Assembly: GCA_000388065.2 (NCBI GenBank)
Contig: KB932207.1
Direction: 5' to 3' (one strand)
DNA: 64,000 nucleotides
Origin: Fonticula alba ATCC 38817
Taxonomy: Eukaryota; Protista; Nucleariida
Position 1 is the first letter of the stretch. Each line of letters starts with the position of its first letter. Of this stretch, positions 11,604 through 25,378 are shown piece after piece. A program made the translations under genes and the position numbers. Below the pieces are notes generated by a model, which ran no database searches, had not been told where the DNA came from, and saw only the letters and a program-made list of their open reading frames with translations.

Positions 11604-12653
11604 CCACCACCACCAGCAGCAGCAGCAGCAGCAGCAGTACCACCACCACCAGCAGCAGCAGCAGCACCACGCGGCCGGCAACAACCCCTACGCTATGAAC
11701 AACGGCCACACGCTGGTCGGCGCGCAGCAGGGCGACGCATCGTATGCCAACCCGGCGGCCGGTGTCAACTCGACGCTCGTTTCCCCGCACGGCGGTGTCA
11801 CCTACCACGCGCACCCGGGCAATGTCAACATGACCCTGGTCGGTGGCCCGGGCGTGCCGGGCGGCGGCATGCCGATGGACTCGCATGCCACGCTGATTGG
11901 CGGCCCGCCGGCGCCTGGCTGCGATCCCAACTCCACTCTCATTGCCGGCGGGGGCCCCGCTCCGGGGATGATGATGGCCGGCCGGCCGGCCCCGGCCCCG
12001 GTGCTGGTCCCGCACCTGCGCCTGCTCCCCTCGAGCGAGTACTACCCGGTGCTGGACATCGACGTCACGCGCACCATCAAGCTCGGCCGCACGGACCCCA
12101 ACAACACGGACCCGGACTTCGTGCCCTTCAACAGCAAGGTCATCTCTCGCCGCCATGCGGAGATCTGGGTCGTCAACAACGAGTTCTACATCCGCGACAC
12201 CAAGTCCCAGTCCGGCACCTTCCTCAATGGCACTCGCCTCAGTCTCCCGGGCGAGGAGTCTCGTCCGTGGAAGCTCAAGAACAACGACGTCATCCAGCTT
12301 GGTGTCGATCGTCGTGGGACCACCACCGGTGCGTGCCGCCCTTCTTTTTTTTTTCTTCTTGCCTCTCCCGGGGGGGGGGGGCCCCTTTCGCTCGCACGCT
12401 CTCCCTCCCTCCCTCCCCCCCTTCCTTCGCCCTCATCGAATTGGCCTACAACACTCCCCTCTCCTCCCGCGCCCCGGTTTTCTGACACTCTCCACATCCG
12501 GTAGACTCGTTGCGCTGCTTCTACGCCTCGGTCGAGCTCTCCTTCCGCAATACGGCTGCCGATGCCGGCGCGCCGGTTGTCCACCCTGGCATGTACGCCA
12601 TGCCGATGGCCCAGCCGCACGCGCCCGATCCCAATGCCACTCTCATTGCTTGA
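11254..12653 (+). CDS. FHA-domain protein (Dma1/Vps64/SLMAP-type FHA, no RING) with a Q/H-rich disordered N-terminal arm, about 407 aa
   Basis: ATG at 11254. Exons 11254-12328 and 12505-12653 (GTGCGT...TAG, phase 1; total 1224 nt). FHA motifs 'IKLGR', 'FNSKVISRRHAEIW', 'YIRDTKSQSGTFLNG' and 'LKNNDVIQLGVD', followed after splicing by 'DSLRCFYASVELS', matching the post-FHA strand of this subfamily. Confidence 0.85.
11566..11670 (+). repeat. Coding (CAG)n/(CAC)n tract encoding polyQ-YHHH blocks
   Basis: Encodes QQQQQQQQQQQQYHHHQQQQQQQQYHHHQQQQQHH within the FHA protein. Confidence 0.95.
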
Positions 12654-12875
12654 GAAGGGGGCCGGAGCATGCCGCCGTTCCTGCCAGCCATTTTTGTGCA
12701 TGTGTGTCTGTATGCGCATGTGCATGCGCGTGCGCTTTCTCCCTCTCACTGTGCGCGCGCTCGCACCCCCCCCCTCTCTCCCCCCTGTCTATCTCTCCTG
12801 CACTGTGTCGCTTTCTCTCTTCCCCTCTTCCCGTCCTTGTCAGCGCTCCTTCTCTCCTCTTGCGCGCCCACATGC

Positions 12876-12911
<36 letters not shown>

Positions 12912-14319
12912 TAGCATGTATGTCCGCGCACGGGCCGGGACACGCATGTCCAAAAGTGCCTTTGGTGAGCATGCCTTTTGCTGCCACCATGACAAGGAGG
13001 AGCGGCGGTGTGTAGAGCAAGTGGATTTCTCGCCTTGAGTCTTTGCCGAGCCGTCGAGAAACGCAAACGTACACACAGCCGCAGGGTCCCCTCCCCGTGG
13101 AAGGGCGTGGTGGGGAGGGGGGGGGGGGGGGGCAAAGCATGGGAGCAAATCAAACACCCATGCCTCTGCACCAGTTTCCGGATCCCCGCAATCGTCGGGG
13201 CCCACGCGCGCCGGTCCCCCTTGTGTACGGCGGCGGGCGTCTCTCGGGCGCGAACAGCCGGCCGCATAGCCCGCCTGTGTCGGATCCCCGCTCCGTCCAC
13301 CTGGTCCCGGCTCGCCTTTTCTTGCGCGAGCCGAAAAAACGGACGCCCAGGCGGCGGCAGTTCTCCTCGCCGGCTCAGGGAGCGCGCGCGCGCGCGTGAA
13401 CGACTCATCACATGCCCAGACACACCAGCCCGGGTTACGCCCGGGGCTTGTGCTCTCCGTGCGGGATGTTATCTTGCCCGGAGCTTCCAGCCGGTCGGCG
13501 CGTGCGCATGCGCGGGCACGGGTGCCGCGCGAGAGAGAGACGGGGACCTACACTCGCCCACCGCCCGCCCCCCCCCCCCCCAGGGCGGCCGGAGCACACG
13601 GGCTGAGAGGCCACCCTGCCTGTGCCCCCGCCCCCCGCGCCGCCCCCCTCTCGTCAGGGGGCCGAGGCGGGTTTGTGTCGGGACGCGGTCACAGGTCGGG
13701 TGCGTGCGTTCGGCCGGGGCTGGCCGGTGCGCGGCCCCCCTCGTCAGCGTCCCTGCCTCCCCGGGGCACCCCTTCTGCCGCGAGGAACGTGTCTGCCAAG
13801 TCGGAGGGGGGGGGGGGGGGGGGCGGGGGCGGGGCCATGCGATGTCAGGACAGACGGGGTGGGGGCCATTTGAGCGTCGGCGTGCCGTGACACGGTGGGG
13901 CGTGTCTTTCGCTGCTTGGCCGGCTTCCCTATCTCCCCCTCTCTCAGGTTCTCGAGCCTCGCGTGTTTCCGCGTCCACGGGCGTTTGTGAGTGTATCCTT
14001 GTGTTGTCGGCCGAGAACGACGGTCAGCCAAGCGACCGTCTGGTGGCGCGGCCAGTGTACGCGAACATGCGTGTCCCCATGTGCTGTGGGAGGCGGCCTT
14101 CAACCACCTCACAACACGGCGGGCGGTCCCCTTCCCCTGAGAGGGGGCCACCGGGCGTGGCTGAGGACGCCCGAGCAAGCGCTGGCGAGTCATGACCGGG
14201 CGCGAGAGGGACAACGCGAGACGCGGCTCTCCTGACCCCCTTGCTCATCGTCTCCTGGAGAACGTGGGCCGTGGATAGGGGGTCTCTGTCTCTGTCTCTG
14301 TCTTTGTTTGTGTCTCTCG

Positions 14320-14350
<31 letters not shown>

Positions 14351-15115
14351 ACCGTCCCTCTCTTTGTCCGCCCCTCGACCCTTCGCTGGCGCTGCCTGTC
14401 TTACCGGCGCGAAGCCGCGCGTTTCAGGCCGGCTGCTCTCCAAACTCCCCGACCCGATAGTCGGCAGCTGATCGACCAATTCGCTGGGGGGTAGGGTCTA
14501 GGCCCGCTGGGCGATCGGGCATGCAGCCGGCGCCCGGCCCCCCCCCCCCCCCCCTGCCTGTGTGTGGGACTGTGCGCGCGCATGTGTGCAGGGGCGTGTG
14601 CTCGCCGGGCTGTGTGCGTGTGCGCGTCCTCTGTCGGGCGGGTGCGCTTTCGATCTGCCCGTGTGACAGACAAGTTCGCCGGGGGAGGACTGTCGTGATG
14701 TGCGTGCGTGTGCACGTCAGCGTGAGACCGCAGGCGTACTTCTGCTCGGCTGCCTCCCCGGGCCAAGTGCAGGCCCTCGCATCATGCCTCTCCCCTGCGA
14801 GGGTGCGTGTGGGTGGAGGGGGATGGCTTCCACTCTCTGGCGCCGCTTGTCGCGCAACTCGCTACGCTCGCCGGACCGCCGAGGGAGCGGAGCATCGAAG
14901 GGGATGCACACCGCCAGGTCAGGACATGCCGGGAGTAGACCAAACCTCTTGCCCCGCCCTGCCTCGCCCGAATCGCTCGTCGGGTATGACACCCTGCGCC
15001 TGTTCTTGCCCTTGTCCCCGTCCTCCCTCCCTGCGTGCCTGTTGTCTCCTCGTCTGACCCCCCTGCCCCCTCCCCCTTCGCCCGTCCCGAAGCTCAAACG
15101 ATACACCCTCCCACC

Positions 15116-17004
<1,889 letters not shown>

Positions 17005-17711
17005 AGCGGCGCCAAGGAGGCCGCGCGTGTGCGCGCGTGCGTCCACAGGCCAGGGAAGCCGGGCCATGGTATAAACACGTGTGTGGATGTCCCCCCTCCC
17101 TGCCCCCCCCCCCCCCTCCCCATCTCCCTCTTCCTCCCCCTCCCCTTCCTCGCCGCGTGTTCGGGAGAGAGGGGCACTCTGAGGGCCGAGCCTGCCGCCA
17201 CTCTTTCCCCCGCGGGCTCCCCTGCTCTCATTTCCTTCGCTCTTGACAGCATCCCGAGGAGGGCCGCGCCCTGGCCATGTCGCATGGCTGCGCCTACATC
17301 ATCCCGTCCGCGTGCGCGCATGTTCCTGCGTTTCTTCCCGGACCAATACATCCATCCTCTTCCGCTGTTTGCTTTTTTTTGGCTGTGGGTGTCTGTGGCC
17401 GCGCCTCTTGCAAGTGGGCGTTGCGCCCATTCTTTTTACTCCCGCCCCCGCCCGCCGCTCTCGCCATCCCTCCATTGTGCCGTGTTCTTCCCGAGCAGGG
17501 GGGGGGGGAGGTGGGCTCCTTCTTCAAGACCCGGCCTTCGTCCCCCGTGTCGATGCGCCCCCTCGATATTTGCTTGCTCCTTTCTTTCCTCCTCCCCCTC
17601 CCTCTCTCCCGCCCTCCCGGCATCCATGCCCCCCCACACGCACTCCTGGCCTGCTCTCTGATGTCTGATGTGTATTCATCTCCCCTCTTCAGGTAGCGGG
17701 GAGACGCCGGT

Positions 17712-20700
17712 TCACTGTAGCGACTCCCGGAAGAAAGTGGTCACATAGGCTTCGTATGCCTCCGGAGCGGCCACTGCCAGGACCGGATGCTCGGTGCAGT
17801 GACCGCGCACCTTGGTCACCGTGTGATCGGATGCTCGGCTGCGTGTTCCACCGCCCCCGCCGCCGGTGACATACGACAGCAGGGACCGGCCGAGGCCCAC
17901 CAAAAATGACGGCTCGCCCGGGGCCTCACCCGCGCCGGTGGGTGCTTCCCCTCCCACCGGCCCGGGGCCTGGGTGTTTCTGCCCCGGTGAGGGGGCGGCC
18001 TCCATTGTGCGGTCCGGCCCCTCGGCGGCCGGATCGCTGCCTGCCATGCTGCCAGCCGCGGAGGACCCCTGGTCATGGCCGCTCCCCGGGCCGGGCGGCG
18101 AGGCGGTACTGCCGCCGGGTCCAGCCTGGCCCCCCCCACGGCCCGACGACGCGGCGGCCACCTGGAAGATGTGCGCCGGGGTCACCTCCGGCCGGAGGGC
18201 GTGGCGCTGGTCGACATTGTCCGGATCGAACCAGGAGAAGTCCCGCGGGTCCATGTCCAGCCGGAAGGTGGTCGTGTCGAGCGGCTGCGTGGCGGGGATG
18301 ACAACCGGCCCGGTTCCCGGGGCCGACTCCACGCTGCGTGGCTGCTTGGTGGCCGTCGCCATGGCCGGCTTCTCCCCCGGGGGGACTCCCTTCGGCCGCG
18401 GGCGTTGTTGGGCATCCTCCACGCGGCTGGCATCGGCCCCGATGCCACCGGAGAGGGCATCCGGCGGGCTGGGGTCGGCGCGCGCCGCGAGGAGATCATG
18501 CTCGGCGCGGGCCCACGCATGCTCGGCAGCCGTCATGGACGATCCATAGGCCGCGGCATCGATGGTGGAGATGTACCACTCGCGCACGCGGAAGCCGGCG
18601 ATGCGCCCGGTACTGGCGAGGAGGCGCCCCTGTCGGACCGGCACCACCTCATCGTCAATGGAGTGTGCCACGGCCAGCTGCCGGTCCAATAGAGCACCGG
18701 CCAGCCCCGGGGCCGAGGGCTCCGGCAGCGACCACACATATTGCCCGGTGCTGCTCCGGAGGACGACCAGCCCCGGCGAGGACCCGGTCGAGTCCCGGCG
18801 ATGGAGCTGCCGCGCATGGTCCAGGTCCACGGCGTTGCCATCGGCCCGGGTGGAAATCCCAGGGATGCGAAGCTGCCAGCCGGGCGGCATGCTCGGCCGG
18901 GCCGCCGGGCCGCCGGCCGAGGGCAGCTCGGCGGTCACGCGCACCTGCTGCCCGGGCACCGGTGCGGTCGGCATGGCCGGGTCGCCGCCGCCGCCGCCGC
19001 CGCCGGGTCCCGGCCCGGCCGAGTTCAAGGGCAGGCTGCCGAACATCTCATCCGCCGGACGTGCCCAATTCAAGTCCACCTGGCGGCGCACGCCGCGCAC
19101 AATGTCCCTGGCATAGGCCCAGCTGAGGCCGATGAAGAAGCCGCCCGACACATTGCCCACGTTGAAGGCCGTTCGCAGGACATTCCGCGGGCTGAACACC
19201 CCGGAGTCCATGAATACCGCGCGGATTTGGGGCATCTTACCCATGGCGATGGCCACGGTGGACGCGCCGGCCGACACGCCCCAGAGGCCGATGTGCTCCG
19301 GGCGAATGCCCCGCTCGCGGACCAGGTAGTCCACGGCTCCAACATGGTCCAGGTACTCCGAGGCGCCCCAGTGGAAGTGCCGCTTGGACCCGCGCAGGCG
19401 CCCGCTGGTGCCCATGTTCCGCGCGTCGACCAGCAGCACGCTGAAGCCGGCCCGCCACAGGAGGAAGGCCGGCTGCAGGACGCTCGGGGTCCGCCGGGAC
19501 GAGGCGAACCCATGCTGCATGATGATCACCCGCTCCATGCCGTCCGGGAAGGCGGCCTGTGTCCGGGCGGCCTCGGCCACCGTGGCCGTCATGTATGTTT
19601 GGTTGCTGGCCTGGATCCAGTTGCCGGGGCCCGGGGCACCGGCCTGGTCGGGCCCCCCGGGCACTGTGACCTCCTGGCAGCCATCCTCCAGGCGACAGGG
19701 CACCGAGGCCGGCTCATGCACGTACTGCCATCCGCCCGGGCCGTAGCGCCAGACATAGGACCAGGTCTCGCTGCTCTCGAGGTTTTCCTCCTCCTCCATC
19801 TCATACTCGTATTCGTAGTAATAGTAGATATACTCATCGCCGCCGTCGTCGTCGTCGTCGTCGTCATCATCATCTTCAAGATCATACTCCTCTTCGTATT
19901 CCGCGTCCTCGTCATCGTAGTCATCGTCATCGTAGTCCTCGTCATCGTAATCCTCGTCCTCGTCCTCGTCGAAGTCGTCGTCCTCGTCGAAGTCGTCGTC
20001 CTCGTCGAAGTCGTCGTCCTCGTCATCGAAATCCTCGTCGAACTCCTTGTCGAACTCCTCGTCAAACTTGTCGAACTCCTTGTCGAATTCATCCTCAATG
20101 TCCAGGAAGAAGGGGTCCACCTTGCGAGGTTCACTCTGCGGCGCCGCCGCGCTGGGGAGGGCCCCTCCACCAGGGGAAGACTCCAGCGGCTCGGATTTGA
20201 CACTTGGCCGGGGCGGCAGCCCTGTCGTCGATTCCTCTGCACCTGGGGAGATGGCCCCGGATTCGCCCGCAGGGGCAGCAACCGCCCCGGAGCCGGCTTC
20301 CGCCACACTCCCATTCTTGGGCTTCTCCTCGTCCACAATCTCCCGTGAGGTGGGCAAGTCAGCTGCCGAGCTCCCGGCTCCGGGAGCCGCCTGCCCCAGC
20401 GGGTCGCGGTGCATGCTGCCATTTGATTGGTCAAGGGGCTCGGCGGCACTCCCTTGGGCGGCCCTCTCTGGCTCAGTGGGCGCCGGGGCCTGCGTGGCGG
20501 CCGCCGTCGGGGCCTGTGTGGCGGCCGCCGTCGGGGCCTGTGTGGCCTCTACTGTCGGGGCCTGCGTGGCCTCTACTGTCGGGGCCTGCGTGGCCTCTAC
20601 TGTCGGGGCCTGCGTGGCTGCCGGCGTGGGGATGGCAGTTGGTGCCTGCGTCGCCAAGGGTTCAGCAGGTGTCCTCGGGGTCGGGCGCAATGGGCGCCGA

Positions 20701-22515
20701 GGGCCGGAGGGAGGCGAGTCACGGCCCCGGCGCCAGCGACCGCGACTCGTCAGAGGCCCCTCCACGGTGGCCCAAGTGTCGGCGCCAGAATCAACCTTGG
20801 CCGAGGCACCCTCCTGGCGAAGCAGCCACTCGGGCAGCGGCACTCGCGCCGGGCCGGAGGACTGTCGCACGTCCGAGCGTCTCCGGTCCGGGGCCTGGGA
20901 GGCCGGCTGCTCCGGGCCCCGGGCCTGGACAAGCATTTCGTGGACCGATGCATCGACCGTGACCACGCGCCGGCGAGGATGGGCGTGGGGCTTGCCGTCA
21001 GCCGGGCCGGCCTCCGGGCGCCAGCGCCGGCGCAGGACCATTCCCTCGGTGGCCGCGCCGCGCTTCGACCGCTGGGCCTCGGTGGGGGCCGCCTCATGGC
21101 GCCTGGCGTGGCTGCTTTCGCGCAGGATGTCCCGCTCGGCGAAGCCCGGCGCGCGAATGTACCACGCGCGGATCTCGATCAAGTCCTCCGCCGTGGGGAA
21201 GGACACGGTCTCAATGCGTGCCGACCGGGGGAATTGATACGGCTGCAGGGCGGAAACCCGGTCGTAGCGCGTGCAGCCGCTGTCTTCCAGTCGGTAGGAG
21301 GTCGGCTCATTCAGCGGGTAGACATTGTGCCGGGCCCAGGTGAAGACCCCGGCGGCTGGGGCACCGGTGGCATAAGGTCAGTTGGCAGGCTCGGTGGTCG
21401 GGCATCGGGGCGGGGCGAGGGGGCGAGGGGGGGNNNNNNNNNNNNNNNNNNNNNNNNNNNNNNNNNNNNNNNNNNNNNNNNNNNNNNNNNNNNNNNNNNN
21501 NNNNNNNNNNNNNNNNNNNNNNNNNNNNNNNNGGCAGTCGTGGACGCGGGGCAGAAAGGCCGGCAAGAATACCGCAGGCGGAGGCCATGCCAATGGGCAA
21601 GGCTCGCCACTTGCCAGCCATCGCGCGAGGGTGTCGGGAACACGCACCGGCTGCGCAAATGATGGCATAGACGATGACCAAGAACGTCCAGCAAGCCAGC
21701 AGGATGAGCGCCACATAGATGAGAACCTTCCACCAGGTGATGGGTCTCCGGAAGACCGAGGCAATGCCGGACCCGATGGCTGGCAGGGGGCACCGCGTGC
21801 GCAGGGCAAAATGATGGGAGGGGGGGGGGGGGACGGGGCGGGACAGTTCACGTGGAACAGTCAGCGCACGGGAAGGGGGGGAGCAGGTGCCAGATGCTCC
21901 CTTGTCAAACCATTGCAAGCGCAAACACACACACACACACACATCGCCTGCTGGGCGACAGGGCTTCAAGGGTGGGCAAGCCCAGATGCACGTACTTCGG
22001 AAGAAGCCACGGCGCTTGGCCGGGGCCACGGAGATGACGGAGGCCGCTGGCGACCCTATCGCGCCACGGGCCGCGGCCGGGCCCTCGCCGGCGGGACGCA
22101 CCGAGACGTCCCCCGGATCGACGGCGGCCACGCCGACCTGGGACTCGGGATCAAGAGGGCCGGTCCCCGGCGGCGGGGCCCCATATGGCCCGGGGGTGCT
22201 TGGACGCGAGGGCAGCGCGAGCCCCGGCGGGCCCGGGTCACCCCGGTCATGCACATTCACCGGGTAAAGGGAGTAGGCTTCCGCACGGCGTGGCCCGGTG
22301 GGCGTGCCAGTCAAGTGGGGGTAGATCGGCTGCCGAGGATAGCCCCGGGGGTCATACTCCTGATTCAGCTGCTGCGGTTGCTGTGTTTGCCGGGGCTGCT
22401 GTGACTGCTGCGACTGCTGCGACTGCTGCGGCTGCTGCGGCTGCTGCGGCTGCTGCGGCTGCTGCGGCTGCTGCGGCTGCTGCGGCTGTTGTTGATGGTG
22501 ATGGTGGTGGTACAT
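17712..22515 (-). CDS. Membrane-anchored alpha/beta-hydrolase with very large low-complexity insertions, about 1431 aa
   Basis: Exons 22515-21996, 21779-21648 and 21355-17712 (both introns phase 1; total 4296 nt). TM helix 'WWKVLIYVALILLACWTFLVIVYAIICA'. Core motifs 'VSFPT..IEIRAWYI', 'IIMQHGF', 'AGFSVLLVDARNMGTSG', 'WGASEYLDHVGAVDYL', nucleophile elbow 'GLWGVSAGAS', acid 'AHSIDDEVVP' and a C-terminal His region 'GHCTEH...YEAYVTTFF'. Confidence 0.85.
19780..20112 (-). repeat. Coding Asp/Glu-rich low-complexity tract with periodic Phe then Tyr
   Basis: Encodes FFLDIEDEFDKEFDKFDEEFDKEFDEDFDDEDDDFDEDDDF...EDYDDEDYDDDDY...DEYIYYYYEYEYEMEEEE inside the hydrolase. Confidence 0.95.
20485..20654 (-). 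repeat. 24-bp coding minisatellite encoding ATQAPT(VE/AA)
   Basis: Plus-strand unit GGGGCCTGCGTGGCCTCTACTGTC and variants. Seven ATQAP copies, six of them in tandem. Confidence 0.95.
22371..22494 (-). repeat. 9-bp coding repeat encoding (QQP)n/(QQS)n at the hydrolase N-terminus
   Basis: Plus-strand (CTGCTGCGG)n, translating to QQPQQPQQP...QQSQQSQQS. Confidence 0.93.
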
Positions 22516-25378
22516 GGCTCCGGTCCTCAAAGATCACAGATCCTGCGCGCTGGCGACCAACTGTGCATAGCGTTGTTGCCGGAACGACGCAGAGTCAGCA
22601 AGGGCGGCACAGAAGGCCGAGGCAATGCCCAGGCACAGGTTCGGCGACTCGGAGCTCAACAACGTTCGGGCAGTACGAGCAGGTCGAGCCAGGGGGCGCA
22701 CGCAGGCACTCAGAGAGCCCGATGCAGGGAGATCGGCTTTCGGTGAGGGTGGTATGCCCAGGCGGTGAGTCATGCGCCACTGCGGAGGGAGGGCAGCATA
22801 GGATGGCGACGGAGAGAGGTAGACGGTAGCAGGGCGGCAAGGAGGCAGGAGGGTAGCAGGGCAGGGGGGGGAGGGGGGGGGGGCGGGGAGCCAGTGCGCA
22901 AGGCTGACTTCAGAGGCGTTTTCATGTCTCCGCACCCCAGAGGCAAGAACGGGGCCTCACTTGAGCCCCGATGCCTTGCGTGTGTGAGCCCTGCTGAAGG
23001 GCCGGCGCCTCGCGCGTCAGCCCCGAAGGCCTGTCCTCGCCCAGCCTCACATCGAGCAGCACACCTGCGTTGAGCCCCCGCGCCAGCGAGGGGGGCGGGC
23101 GTCGGGGGGAGAGCTGCTCCGGCGATGAAGGTAAGCACCAGACGCCCGGAGGCACCATGCTTCTTGGGTCCATGGCATTGCGTCGGTGAGCCTGCCAGCG
23201 CCCAGGCCGAGCTGCAATTAAACGGTCATCTCCTGGCGGGCGGAGGCCGCGCCGCTCGGGTGATCCAAGAATCCCCGGGTGCTTTGCGCCACGATCCCCC
23301 CCCCCCCCCCCCCCCCGACCCAGGCCGGGGCTGTTGCTGACGAGCAGGGCACCCTGCTTCGCCGGACTGGAGCGCGATCGCGAGCCCGCAGGCCGACGGG
23401 CAAACGCCCTCCCGGGCCGCCATGCACCGGTCTCGGCCCCGGGGCCGGGGGTGACATGGGCCTCCAGGCCCGGGCCCGGGGTTGATTCGGCCCTCTGGCC
23501 TGTTGTGAGGGCCTCCCGACCGGCGAGGGGCCATGCCTCGGGCGCCATTCGCCGCAGACCTTGTGCTTTCGTGGAGGCTGCCCATGGGCCTTTCTTTTCA
23601 TTTGGCCTGTTCTTGCCTCGTCTTTTGTCGACCGCTCTCCCCGCGCCATATGCCGCCCCCGCCCCCTTGCAACACTTGGCCATTCTGTCAGGACCTTAAA
23701 CTGCCTCACCCACAATTGAAACATCGGATGCAAGCCTGTTTTGCGTCCCCCCCCCCCGCTCCGGCGGCCCGACGACTTGTTCGTTGGCGCACGGTCGCGA
23801 CCGCGATGGTGGCCGCGACCCCTGCACTGAGGCCTGCCGCGTCGCGCGGCACCGGCCGGCCGACGCCCAACAAGGTGAGGACGGTCCTCGATCGGGACGG
23901 ATGGTTGCACAGCATTCGCTGGTCGGGGGCGGGGCGCGCGTTTGGATCAGGTACTGGTGAGCCGCCCCCCCCCCCCCCCCTACCCCGGGGGGACAGGGCG
24001 AGGGCACTTCATCCGAGACAGGATCATGGAGCGCATCTATTTTTCGGCCAGAGGCAGCCCCACCCGAGGCACCTCGTCCAGGCGGGACTTGGCGGATTTA
24101 TTGTTTTTCCGCCCGGGCCCGGCGTTTCCCCCAGATGGGGGGGGGGGGGGGGGGGGCAATAGTAAACAAGATTCGGGATGCCCCCCGCCCCCGTGCCTTT
24201 ATTTTGCCAGGGAGAACGGCCATCGCCGCAAGGCCTGCCAGACCGAACCCATTCAGCCCAGGGATTGTGTGTCAGTGTCTCGACTATCTCTTTCTCTCTC
24301 CACCTCTCCCTCTCCCTCCCCCCCCCCTCTCTCTCTCTCTCTCTCCATCTCTCCCTCTCTCCCTCTCTCCCTCGCCTGCGGCCCCCAGAGGTGCACAAGA
24401 GTCTCGCCCGGAAGGACCATTCACACCCGACGGTGCGTCATATCCGAGGGAAACACAACAAACATACCCTCTGGGCTGATGCGCCATCAAAGAGGCATGA
24501 CCCCCGCGGTGTGGGACACGAGCTGGCTCTTTCATCGATTTTGAGTGTCTGCCTTTGCTCCTCAGCTGGGCTCGAGCGAGCGGAGGCGGCCGAGATATGC
24601 AAAGGCGGCCTTTGGCGGGAAGGCACAACGCAACGCGGCGTGACTGCTTGTGCGCCGCCCCCGCCCCCGGCCCAGTCCCTGCTCCTTCTCACTCCCTCCC
24701 TCCCTCCCTCTCTCTCTCTCTCACACACACACACACGCACGCACACACAAGAGCCACATCCGCCATGCCACCCCCCGCCCTTCGCCTTGCCCGCACCGCA
24801 GGAAGCATTTGAAAAGGAAAACCCCCAACAGAGACACATCGGAATACACGGGGCTTTCTTTTTGGTGAGGCGCATTTAGGCGTGACACGGACATTACACG
24901 CCGCCAAGTGGCGAACGACGCCTTCCTGCATGCGGAGGAGACCCCCTGCTGGAGCATGCGAGGCTCACTGGGCTTCTTCTCAAATGTGTGCGCACACACA
25001 TACACACACACAACCAGGCGCGCAAACAGCCATATTTGTCCGTGGAACCTGGGCAAGGCAGCCACAACCGAGGGCGGAGGGCGCGCAGCGTCTCGCGAGG
25101 ACGGGGGCGCGCGAAGGGAGGCGAGGCTCGGAGCCCGGCCCGGCGAGCGCCCGCGTGGTGCTTGTGCCCGGCGCGATGCGCGCTCAACCGGCTCCACGGT
25201 TCTGGACCTCCGCCCTGCCCCTCCTACTTACGCCTTCTCTCGGCTCGCCTGTCCCCGCGCACGCGCGCGCACACGCACACGCACTCGCACGTGCATGTAC
25301 GTATGTGCGTCGGGCCATTGCCCCCCTCTCTTTCTCGGCGTCACACTCGCCTCGCCCCTCGCGCAAATCCCGGCGGCC

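Noticed and set aside
12660-15100. Many 60-460 aa ORFs in long intergenic regions (also 22.6-25.3, 26.4-29.2 and 62.5-64 kb)
   Set aside because: They overlap on all frames, are rich in Arg/Pro/Gly/Ala, and show no codon bias or domain motifs. This is expected at this GC content, though small spliced genes cannot be fully excluded.
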